From assembly GCA_048013815.1 (NCBI GenBank), contig CM106585.1, positions 6,944,001 to 7,008,000 on the forward strand: a stretch of 64,000 nucleotides of DNA, written 5' to 3'. Of the stretch, positions 37,623 to 49,402 are shown in pieces. Below the pieces are notes generated by a model. The model saw only the letters and a program-made list of their open reading frames with translations, made no database searches and was not told the DNA's origin. Made by a program: the position numbers and the translations under genes. This DNA is from Setoptus koraiensis (Eukaryota > Animalia > Arthropoda). The stretch's first letter is position 1. Each line of letters begins with the position of its first letter.

Positions 37623-38406
37623 ATGGTGAACGCTACACTATTCTTGTGCCATAGTAGCCTGCCTTAGGTAGCTGCTGCGGTCTGCTCCACAGTGGATGCA
37701 GTGCTAGAGACACACACACACAAAGAGAATCTTATTTGCAGCAACAGAGCATAGTGAAGAACAAGAGACCGTCTGTCTGTGCGTGTGTGTGTTTGTTGTC
37801 TGACGCAGAAAAACAACGCTGTTCTATAGCATGTAACAGTGACTATTGCCGCTGTGCCACTGTGCACCTAAAACACTGTTGTCACCGACGATGCGTCGCT
37901 CATATATGCCACATCCAATAGTTTTGGTGCGGCCAATTGCCGAAACTATAGCTTGCGAGTGAAGTGACCGTGCGGCACTTTAATCAACTATCACCACTGT
38001 GTTTGTGCGTCTAAGTGCGTGCTTTGCGCCAGTGTGTGTGTGTGTGCCTGTGCGCCTGTGCATGCCCGGTGTATGTCTGTCCGTGCGTTTGTTGCATGTC
38101 CGCAGCAGTGGCCAGTGCAAAACTGCAACACCGTCTGTCCGTGTGTCTGTCGGCGCTCACTGAGTTTGCGCCGCCCACCTATAGAGAAGCTGTGCGCCTC
38201 ACTGAAGACAACAGCGGCAATAGACACACGCACAGACACACACGCAAGCGAATAGAAAACCCCTCAAGCCGCCACAAAGGAACACAAGATAAACGCACGC
38301 ACACACGCACGCACATGCTTACGCCGACAAATGGTCGCTTCGCCGAACGTCTGTCTGTCTGTCTGTCTGTCCGCCTGTGCGTCTACACACACACACACAC
38401 ACATAC

Positions 38407-38785
38407 GGATGCTGTTGCTGGTGGCGAATAAAAACCGCTTATTCGCTAGACTAGTCAAACAGTTTGTGGCGCGAAAGTTGAACGCCGATAAAAGTTTTAG
38501 CTCAAGCGCAGTAATTGGCAGTAGTGCATACTCAGGTGACCCTATCGCTTCTCGGTGTCTTGTCGGGATTTGTATGAGGATTGGATGCAGTTTGGTACCA
38601 ACTTGCTTCCACTGAATATACTGTGCATCGGGACTTATAACTTGATCATTGCCAACACCCTTTACCCGCACCGGCGGCATATGTTCCGCACCCGGGCCAA
38701 TCTCGGTGAGCGCACCGGGTGAGAGCACACTCCGTTTTCTGCGACTCTGTCCGGCTGATTGGCCCCGCCGATCGGGCCCAACAAG
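38407..38785 (-). CDS. Candidate internal exon of an unidentified gene (126 codons + 1 nt)
   Basis: Strong acceptor GCGTTTTGCGCTCTTTTTAG, an open protein-like frame (…SRRKRSVLSPGALTEIG…VRVKGVGNDQVISPDAQYIQWKQ…) and donor C|GTATGT. Partner exons not found. Confidence 0.35.
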
Positions 38786-39942
38786 CTAAAAAGAGCGCAA
38801 AACGCAGTCCACTCGTTCTAGCTGAACAGTGCTGACCAACAGCGACAACTAATCTCGTCGAGACCCCGAGGCGCCCCAAATCAGTGCTCACTTTTCTGTT
38901 CCAACTGTGTTGCAGCTCGAAGCGAACAACACCACAGCAGCTTATGTAATCATGATGGCAGTAACGCTCGTTACAAAGTAGCCATCTATGACAGACAAGT
39001 ACAACCTGGCCTGCACACTGTCGCTCGAACGGTAGCAAGCTCAACGCCAAGATGCAAAATGTCAAACCACTTCTCTCATCGCATGTCCGAATGATCCAAC
39101 AATAGATTAGCTTTAGAAGCGTAAAATTGTCACTAAATAACTGAAATGCAACAAACGACATGCATGACACATTCCGATCTGCCCTATTCGAGTCTTGCCT
39201 AGATGGTTATGTCAATTGCCAGCTATATCCATTCTGTTCGTGCTCTCACAATTGTCAGTGACGATTCCTCTCACAAAGACCGACGGGATCGTTGGAGCTT
39301 CTTGATACAAGCCCATCTAGTGAGACATTCCGCACTATTGTTACATAATGTTGCGCATAATACTTCGATGCAGAATCTCTGCATATTGTGCGCACCAATT
39401 TGGGGCTCGGCTAGGAGGTGTTTATTCCCTCAGTCCTCGAACTTTGCGCCGAAGGTTTAAAAGCACTCTCTTGTTGTTTTTCTATATTAAATGTTCTATT
39501 TGTACGCACGATTATGAGCAGTCGGCTATTACTGGAACATATATCGCCTCTCTATTCTGCCTGGATGACTCGTTAGGATACATTGATAGAGTCACATCAA
39601 TTTAGGTTAATTGCGGACAGCTCAGGACACTTCGGTCTTGGCTCGTTCTGCTTGTCCTTCTGATTCGATACGAAGACAGAACAATCTGAAACGATCATAG
39701 CTCTTGTTTGCCCACTCCCATTAAAATGCATTCGGATCGTCTGCGTCCTGCATAACATCCTCTATCCGCATAGGCCTATTAAAACCACAAATAGTTGAAA
39801 GGTATGGTAGTGGCAATGCCATTCGGCTCGAACGATGGAGTAGGCAGGATAGTTTATGCATTCATTGTATTCAATGTCAACCTTTATCATCTTGTCTCTC
39901 ACTCCTCGTACCTGATCAGAGAAATTGTGGACAAGCGAAAGT

Positions 39943-40161
39943 GATATCTATCAGTCAACGACGATCTCAACGCGACAAGAGACCACGAGGGCCACCTACA
40001 GGGGAATAAGTCTGGCGTGCCTATTTTCCAACAACAATTACGATGTTAGGTTTCTGGACGACGGGTGCATTAGTCTAGTAAGTGGTCGCCTTGATAACGA
40101 TTATCAACGACCAAGAAGACCAATCAATAGAAGCGATTATCATGATTCTTTTGTTTACTAG
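39943..40161 (+). pseudogene. Fragment of a lipase paralog
   Basis: DIY...ATYRGISLACLFSNNNYDVRFLDD...DYQR...DYHDS aligns to the intact lipases; flanking coding parts are absent and it ends in a stop. Confidence 0.8.
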
Positions 40162-40837
40162 GAATTCGACGCTCGAGACTGCCGACCCTGAGAGAACCTC
40201 GGATAAAAAGTTGTCTGAGATGTTCATTGTTGCAAAGAATGAAACTCTGATTAACGGACTGGCAATCCGATCTTTACTCGATGTTTTATGAATTAATTTT
40301 GTGATTTCTGCTTTTTTCTTCATCATGATCCATTCGTACGTCACCGGGCAAGACCCGAGTACTCTTGCTGCAGCATCACATTATAGAGGCAGCCTATCAG
40401 GCGTCGATATGACAAATTAGCAGGATACGAACGAGGACGCTGCAGAAACAAGATTTTTTCTTACTGTTTATTGCTTCATTTTGTCCTATGTTTTAACAAC
40501 ATACCATCGACGCTTTTTACTGGGTAACTCTCCAATTTGTAATTCAGCGGTTATCGTGTCAGATTGGCTACCCTATTTCGCAGCAGCCAGCAATGTAATC
40601 ACACTGCGCGAAATAAGCAATACCGAGATATCAGTATATTTGACAGTTATTTGCAAAGTCCGCCAAGTCAATTTGCGTCGCAGCGCCCGATCAACAGGTG
40701 AGAGACAGTTTAACGGCCAACCAGCTCAAGAATCAGTCAAAATGTCAAAATTGTCAGCTGACTCAAAATGGCTCGAGTGACAACAAGATCACGCAACTGT
40801 TCAACTATAATGTCACCGGGCAGTCTAGCCTGTTGGT

Positions 40838-41374
40838 GATGATATACCTGATAATACATGCAATAATGACGGCGACAACAACCCAGATGACCTGCAACAA
40901 TGATACCCGAACAATAACGAGAGCAATCACCACCACCGACAATCATTGTCACGGGAACCCACTTGGCCTCTCTTTGAATTGGACTAGGCTGAAATAAATT
41001 GCAAAGACGCCGGACAACAGAGACACTCCACAACAACAACAAAAACAACAACAACAACAACAACAATCGTTCTTCGCTATCAGGCCCCAATAAGAGAACG
41101 CGATGCTGTTATCAGTCACCGGCAAGATGCCCCGCCACTGACCGCAATAGTCGCCAGCAATGACCACAACAGCAACCATATTTATTGTCAGCCATTGATG
41201 GAAACATATTCTCGTCCAACTCACCGGATCGGCGTAACTAGGCTGAATAAACTAATCAGTGTCATGAGTTTTGTGATTTCTCTTTGTTTCTTCATCGTGA
41301 TTTATTCTGACGGCATCAGAAAATATCGGAATGGTTTGGTTGCAGCGCCGAAGTACAAAAGTACTGTGTATTGA
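40838..41374 (+). pseudogene. Decayed reading frame with low-complexity N-part and one C-terminal transmembrane-like segment; partial paralog at ~40250-40420
   Basis: 179-codon frame with 2 internal stops (40901, 40985) ending LISVMSFVISLCFFIVIYSD...LVAAPKYKSTVY*. The paralog reads INFVISAFFFIMIHSY...LAAASHYRGSL. Confidence 0.4.
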
Positions 41375-42452
41375 AGCGCCGCAACAGAACTAGGCCGGTA
41401 TTGTCCGACGGCCTTTGCATCAATTATAATGTAGAGAGAAGTAGAAATTACAAGTTTAATGACACTGATTATTGACATTCATTATGACATTGACACTTTA
41501 CTTGACACACAAACATAAAACTCTGTTATTACAAAGGTATATTGTTGTTAATTGAGAATGTTTGTGGCGCTTTAGTTTATCGTTGCAAATTTTTTTATTT
41601 TTTTGCTCATTTCTCTTTTCGTTCACTATTACGAATGCCACTATTGCATGAGGAGTTCGGCGCCGCCCTGATGCGGGGGGCCCTTCGCCAATCTTTCGCC
41701 CTGAAGGATATACTGTGCAAAATAATGTTTAGAGGTACTGTAATAGAGCAGTAATACTGTGAATAGTAAATAATTTCCTGTTTCATATGTATACTAAATG
41801 ATTTACTGTTTCAAGATCAAAGCGCAAAAGTGATTTGGTTGGTCGGATGAGCATGATCGCAGTTTATTTGTGTACCAACTCCACGGAGCCTGGTTATCAT
41901 TTCCGGAAATAACATCCACCACCACACGTCTAGCAAGACCGAAAGTAAGCGACACAAATACTGCTCGCCCGAAAACTGAACTGCCTCCCCAAACATAGTT
42001 TTCAATTTATGATTCAAGTCATTTAAATCTTCACTCTAATTGATTACTTTCTAATGCGACTGAGTTGTCCGATTGTGGAGGCACGAGAATGGATTCGCGG
42101 CAATCACAGGTTGTGCCATTAGCAAAATTGATGAACCGATCATTCATCGTGATTCACCATGCATCAATCAACTTGAAAACAAAACATTCAGTCGCAAATA
42201 CAACTGTCTAGACAGCTCACTTTTATCGTGACAATGGAGACAGTGTCTAGGATATGCGATTATTATGTCGCGATTGGCGCGTTTGTGGCGCGAGTCGACG
42301 GACGGTGATTACGATTTGTCCGTGTCAATATCAATTGTGTCATTGTTTCTCTGAAAAACTCATCGGATGCAACACAAATGTTGTAGCGGACATTGTGTGC
42401 GTGTGACGAATACTGAACTGAAGGCGAAAACTTACAGTGATACACACCAAAT

Positions 42453-44284
42453 ATGTTTCGAGCCGTTCAAATGGCTCTGTTTTGCCTGTGCCTTAGGCCA
42501 GCGCCGGCATCGTCTAACGATCGGGCGCCCAAAGGCGGGCCCCATTTCTTGGATCAGCCAGCGGTAAGTGAATAAACAACCTGTGATACTAACTTGAGCT
42601 TGCACTGTTCGCTACATCAAGTCGTTGTGCCATGCTTTTTTCGCTAAAAGTCTATCGCAATCAGTCATATGGGCTACAAAGTGGAAAGTTACCCAGTGAA
42701 AAGTCTCCAGCCTGGCTACATGGTCGTCGTGCACCGGATGATCAATCCATTGGCTGATCCGGCCCATGTTAAGAGGGCCGTCCTTTTCGATCATGGCGTA
42801 GCCCAGGACAGTCTGTCGGAGTTTTTGGGATTTGCGCATTATGCTCGACCAGCGAAACCTACAAGCCAAAGTTATTCCAAAGACATTTATCTGAACGAAA
42901 CTGACGAGCTCGACGACAGAACCCAACGGGCCACCATCGCCACCTACAGGAAAATGTGTCTGGCGTGCTTGTTTTCCAACAACAATTACGATGTTTGGCT
43001 CATGGACGACAGAGGCAGCAGTCGTGAGAGTAGTCGCTTCAATAACGAGGATTACCAACGCAGGGGATCAGCCAAGAAAAGAGATTATTGGGATTTCTCC
43101 GTCGACGATGAGTTCTTGTATGATTTTACGCCAACCATAGATTTTATCCGCAACACATCAGGCGTAGATAAGATCACATATGTGGGCTACAGTCTGGGCA
43201 CAATTGAGGTGCTTGCCCTGCTCTGCTACAGGCCTGAAGTGTCGGAAAAATTCGAAGCAGTTGTGGCGATTGCGCCCATATTCTACATAACTCATATGCG
43301 TGGATTGTTGCCACTGGCCACCCTTACCGATCCGTTGCTTCGAAATGCAAACTTTGCCGACACTCTCAACTATGATACAGCCGTGTTAGCTAATAGGCTC
43401 ATTTCACTATTTTGCTCACCGGCTGAAATCAGATTGAGCATATGTATGCCGCTGTTTGAGCTGGTGGTTGGACCAGACACTAATAAGCTCAATGTCTTCG
43501 TAAGTAACCACTAATTGTCTGTTTCTATTTACAAGAATTGTGCTGCCGAGGCAAATTACATAATGTGTTAGTTGCATGAAGAATTTAAAAGTTTTCATCT
43601 GTCGTTGTTCTCGTTGCTGTTGTCAAGACTGAAGCATTTCTAGGTCATTTCCTCGAGCCAAACAGCGTGAAAACTATCGTTCAAATTGGTCAACTTATAA
43701 AAGCGGACAAAGTTCAGGCCTTCGAACATGGTAATCCCGAGGAAAACTTCCAAGAATACAATTCGACAACACCAATAGTTATAACTCCCAAACAATTGGC
43801 GCCTAGCAATAAGATTATCTTGGTCAGGAGTGAGGGCAACGACGTGCTCTCGACCAAGCTCGACCAGAGACGATTCATCGAAGAGTTGGCCAGTGAGTTT
43901 TGACCATTATAAGATGCTCTAATTATTGATAATGACTACCATACTCTTATAATATCTATCATAATAATAATAATGCGTTCATTCTATCATTGTCATACAT
44001 CGCTTTCAAATGAATCCTTAGTGCCCCTGTTCGAGGATATCGTCGTTCCGCCCGAATATAATCACCTGGGTTTCATCTTGGCAAAGACCAGCTTTACAAC
44101 AACAAACGGTCCAATTATCAGAGCGGTCAATAGGGCCTATGAAACCCAAACCTCTAATGCAGCTGAGAATGTGGCCGCCAAGACCAAAGTCATAGACATT
44201 CAGGACCCCATCACCACTGCAACAGTTTCTAACCGAAACACCATGATCGAACCGAGCGCCGAGGTAAACGATCGATCAATTTAA
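42453..44284 (+). CDS. Secreted acid (gastric/lysosomal-type) lipase 1; exons 42453-42563, 42651-43499, 43628-43892, 44022-44284
   Basis: Signal-like exon 1, GYKVESY, HG oxyanion motif, YDVWLMDxRG, YWDFS, nucleophile elbow GYSLG, catalytic D (GNDVLS) and H (YNHLGF). All introns GT-AG and in frame. Confidence 0.9.
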
Positions 44285-45551
44285 ACTGCTTTCGTTACCA
44301 TAATCTATCTAGCCACAAAATAGAATCAATAGGAATGAATTTAATAAAATCATGAGTCAAAGTTATTTATCCAAAAAGTTTCTCTCAAAAATCTGCTCTC
44401 GTTTGTCGGTTTTCCAATCTATGGCATCTAATGCCTGATAAGACTAACAAGCGGATTTACTCTGCACTAAGCAACGATTGGTTAATTGAATTTATTTCTA
44501 CCTATACTCGCACGATATCGGATCATGGAATTCGCACTATCGCCCTATTCAAATTGTAAAATTTCGTGGATTGGGGCCCATTGTAAACACCCCTGTGGCG
44601 GTCGCTTGGGTGCGAGCACTGGGAAGGGGTTGGAGGTTGAGTGATTGAAAAATAATTACTAATAATTCACATATCTCGGATATGAGTTTGCTACTAACTC
44701 GAATTTAGTTGTGTATCGGATGTATCGGAATGTTAGAGCTGAGGCAACTCTATTTACATATGTATGACTGGATAAATAACTCACTGAGAGACGGAAAATG
44801 AATAAAATTTAAAAAATGAAAATTTTGCCTTTGCTACGCATTTTGTCACAAATTTTTGTCCGATTATTATTTTTATCAAGAGGCTCCACTCGGGTTTTAC
44901 TCTTCGATTGTCAGATAATGGGAACAAGCTCGTGTGGCAATCTAGCTCGTGAAGTGCGCTATGTGATTTGCCTGGATGAAAATATGAGAGGGAGATAGGA
45001 CAAAAGGCACGACAGCCAACGTCTTACAACAGTTATGGCATTTTATTCATTACTTTCTACAGCTTTTTTTTGTGTTCACTATAGGAGATTCGTATCGCAA
45101 GTCGATTCCGCTGTATCAATGAGGTAAGCAAGCAAATAATGCAAAGCTTCTGTTCTATTTTCGTTACATTCTCAAGCCGTTTACTCTCCGAGGTTCCATC
45201 ATGATGCAGACGGTGACAATTGTTATAGATAAAAGTTATAGATTGAAGTGGTTGACTCTCATGCTTTTTTTTGTAGTTTACTAATAATAGAAACTTAACT
45301 CTAGGCAAGAACCTCCGAAACCGGGAATAGAATGACTTTCGCCGTGCGTGATGATGTCATGATTCAGCGGCATGCCAACTAATGTCAGGAATATTTGCTT
45401 CAAAGTTTTAGATCTGGTGGTTGCATAAGTCGAACAGAGCACGCAAATAGTGATGCCGCTTGCCTTAATCTTTAATTCGTCACTCATTGCGACAATTAAA
45501 TCATCAACGAGTTTTTCCGAGTAATTTCTTGGCGCCAATAGTTGCTACAAG

Positions 45552-47349
45552 ATGAAGACGATCATGCTACAGGGTCTCGCTTTAGTCCTGTTCGGCCTCC
45601 TCCACCTGGGCCCGAACCAGGTTCGCTCTCATCCGCAAGCTCCCGCGGGGCCAAGATTCTTCGGTCAATCAGGGGTAAGTGTGTGACAAACAAAAGCACG
45701 ACAGTAATCAGCTGCACAAGACAGCGAGCCAAATACGACTTTAATCATCGATATGTCGTTGCTGCATCAAAATCCATTCAAGCGATGGCATTATGCAATT
45801 ATTGTGCGTTATCTATGGAAATCTTAGATCCAAAATTTCATTATTTATCTGTTCCCATCATGGAAAGGCGGCCGCTATTAAGCATATGGGCTACATAGCG
45901 GAAAGCTACTCCATCAGAAGCGATCAAGCTGGCTATGTGCTCGGCGTGAACCGAATGATCAACCCATTGGCCAATCCGAACGATGTTAAGAGAGCCATTT
46001 TGTTTCATCACGGTTTCACACAAGATTCCGTTGGTGAGTTTCTGGGATTTGCCGGTTGGGCCAGGCCAGAGAAACCAACGGCCTACAGCTACTCCACAGA
46101 TATCTATCGTGACGCCACGGACAATCTAGATCCAAAAACACAAGAGGCCACTGTCGAAACATACAAAAATTTGTGTATGCCGTGTATGTTTTCCAACAAC
46201 AATTACGATGTTTATATCATGGACTACAGAGGCGTGAGTACGGCGAGTTCGCAATTTGATGAAAAAGATTTTGAACTTAGAGGAACAGGAAAAAAGAAGA
46301 ATTATTGGGATTTTTCTCTAGATGAGACAACCTTTTTTGATTTGCCGGCCGTCATTGATTTTGTTCGCGAAAAATCGGGCCAACAAAAGATCAGCTACGT
46401 GGGCTTTAGTTTAGGCACACTGGATATGTTTGCCTTGTTGTCTGTCAAACCAGAATGGGCCGACAAGATCGAGGCAAATGTTGCGATAGGGCCAGTGTTC
46501 TACCTGAACAATATGCGCGGCTTGTTCCCTCTATTGGCTCTCACGGATCCGCTGCTTCGACGAGCAAATTTCGCCACTCTTTCTAGCTTTAATGGGTCAG
46601 TGAAATTCAACAAACTGTTGTCGTTTATCTGCGGTCCAGCTAAAATTAGATTGAATTTGTGTCTGGCGTCGTTCGAAAATTTGGTTACCGGACCCGATAA
46701 GGGCAAACTGAATATATTTGTGAGTATACCCGATATTTTAACTTTTAGTCGTAAAACTCTCAGTAGTTATACTAATGATGAAACTAATGATGAAGAAACT
46801 CTTCTCTGTTACTCGTTTTTTTTGTCTTTCGTCACTTTCTTTTTTAGACCGATGCCTATTTAAGTCACTTTCTCGAACCCTACAGCATCAAGACTTTTGT
46901 TCATGTGGCGCAGATAATAAAAACTGGCAAGTTTAGCACTTTCAATCATGCCGACTCGAAGGACAATGTGAGCGCTTACAATTCAGAGACTCCGTTGGAT
47001 ATAGAACCAAAGAAGATGACACACAAGAAAATGATCTATGTTAGAAGTGAAAGCGACGATTTTCTCTCGAATAAGAAGGATCAAGAACAATTCATCAGTG
47101 AGCTTACAGGTAAGTTAATCGCGTCTTGCACATACTAACGTTAGCTATAGACGTGTAATAGGACATTTATCTAATCCTCCGTCATTCGGTCCGTATATCC
47201 CAATCAATGAATTAGTTCCCATCTTCGAGGATATCGTGACTCCGCCTGAATACAATCACATAAGTTTCTTCGTGGCAAAGACATGCTTCACACAAGTTTT
47301 TGGTCCCATCATGAGAGCAGTCAACAGGTCTTATGAAACAGAATTATAG
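45552..47349 (+). CDS. Secreted acid lipase 2; exons 45552-45674, 45868-46719, 46848-47109, 47216-47349
   Basis: Signal peptide MKTIMLQGLALVLFGLLHLG; GFSLG, SDDFLS, YNHISF; same intron positions and phases as its paralogs. Confidence 0.92.
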
Positions 47350-49364
47350 TCCGTTGCATTCGTTGGATCGAACAATTATCGTAGGCAATCTCTAAAGAAT
47401 GAGGTAGCCATTATCGTTACAACTGTGTCGCGATGTGTTGCAATATATCTAGGCGAAATTTCATATTAAATTATATAACTAGCGAGAAATATATCTGGGA
47501 AAAAGACCTTTACACCGGTCATACGGGAAATTTTTGGAGACCGATCGTGACTTAATTGGCTGCTAGAAACTAATTTTCGATGGACAATTAATGCTGATGA
47601 TTGATTGACTCATTAACTAACCAATGTTTCATTGCATACATCCTTGATTGACTTGATACAGCCGCCAATGCGAACGTTAGTTGATAATCCGATGTTTCGT
47701 GCTTAGCGATGTATTTAATGATTTACAGCATCTTGTTTTCTCCAACGAAGAGATGTATGTGTCTTGATGGAGTGGCCTCTCGATGCCAACTATCTCGAGC
47801 GTCACAATGCAGCAAACTAGCCGGCACGAAGTGAGTGTTAACGACAGCGGGACGGTTTTTTCCCAGCAACGAAAATCTTAGTCGCTCTTATGGGGTTCGC
47901 ACAAGCAAATACATATGAGATAGTGTTTTGATAGTTACGGCCAGTTGTAAGGTTCCTCGTCTCGCTAGTTATGTCTTTCAATAAATGACAGATATTTGTT
48001 TCTTTAAAGCTGGTGACACCTGTTAAATTAGTTATCAACTGATGGTACCGGGGAATAGAACCCAAAGTTTAAATACTTCGTCTCAATCGATGAACCCGAA
48101 ACCAACAAAAATGTGATAATCGGTGTCACAATAATTGACTTGAAATTACCCACAAATGATGGTTGAACATTTGTTGGGATTTATGTCACATTCCGATTTC
48201 GATTCCAAGCTTCTTGTTTGCCGCCTCTATACGCAACAGTATAGTTACACGCGACTCGGACATGTGATTGTATCCAAGCTAGCGAAACATTGAAAAAAGA
48301 GATAGGTGTCAATTGCCTGACAAACTGAAAATTCTAATATTGAACGTTTGCTTGAAACGCTCATCGCTAGAAGAAACTCCCCGTTGAAATCTATGGTACC
48401 ATTAGTCAATAACTAATCTAACGACTGTACCGCATGAATTGATTGCAGGCTATTTTGGTTGCGAATCGCGATCCAATTGATTTTTGTTTTATTAGCAAGC
48501 GCGCGGCAATCGTTTTTTACAAGTAGTGACAGATAATTAGGTGCAATTTTTATTGATACAGTGATTAGCAAACATTTATCCCATCGTAATAAACAGACTA
48601 TAATGCCGTGTTCAACGACGATGTCCCAGTGACTAAACACTCGTGTGGTGCGTGTCTCTCACAGGAAGAAGCTTAGGTGGCCCGCGGGGCATACAAAAAG
48701 TCGCTAGAGTTCTTGCCAGAGTTTTTGTCGTGTAAAAACAATAGATGGCCGACCCATTGCTGATGGCACAATCAATAATCGATTTGCTATCATGTTGATT
48801 GCCGTAGAAAACAGAATTATCCCCAATGTACTAATATCTGTCGATTCAAGGTTGGCACCTCCAAACAATATAAGAAGGATTAGTTATTCATGCGACAATC
48901 AAGAAATCAATGCTGGAATCAGGACTCGGCCTGAACCTCGGCAACATCCCGACAACTTGCCATGTATCGTAAATATTCGTAAGTCATTGATCGTGGCACT
49001 GATAGAGCTTTTGTAAGCTGTCATAAAGCTTTCATCATTTGGCTGTCAGTCTCTCCAGCCGCGCTTATTCATCGGGGCTCCACTACGATGCATGCGCGAC
49101 ATTGCGCGTTACTGCAGCGGCCAGCTCTCATACCCTCGCAACTCTTGATAAAAGAAATTGAATCGATGATAAGAGCCCCACACTCAAAACTAGAATGATT
49201 TTTGATCGTGATAATCCCATGGTTTGTCAGCATGGTAGCAAAGTTTGCTGAAAAGTCTCCCAATCGGTTGCATGACAGTTGTTATATAAACGAAACAATA
49301 CTCCACAGAAACAGTAATAGTCCCACACCATCGCGATAATTTTAGTAATTAATTCAGACAAGCG

Positions 49365-49402
49365 TTTCATCCAAGTAATTTCTTTGCGCCAATAGTAGCC
49401 AC
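49365..49402 (+). promoter_or_regulatory. Conserved 5'-proximal motif AGTAATTTCTT(G/T)GCGCCAATAGT shared by lipases 2 and 3
   Basis: Near-identical block just upstream of both ATGs (also at ~45520-45545). A regulatory role is inferred; it may be simple duplication residue. Confidence 0.3.

Noticed and set aside
38544-38555. ATCGCTTCTCGG, identical to the U2 snRNA 5' end
   Set aside because: The match stops at 12 nt; no branch-point recognition region or Sm site follows.
47725-47780. Possible second lipase fragment (TTGTTTTCTCCAAC...GATGTATG)
   Set aside because: Similarity too short and frame-broken to distinguish from chance.
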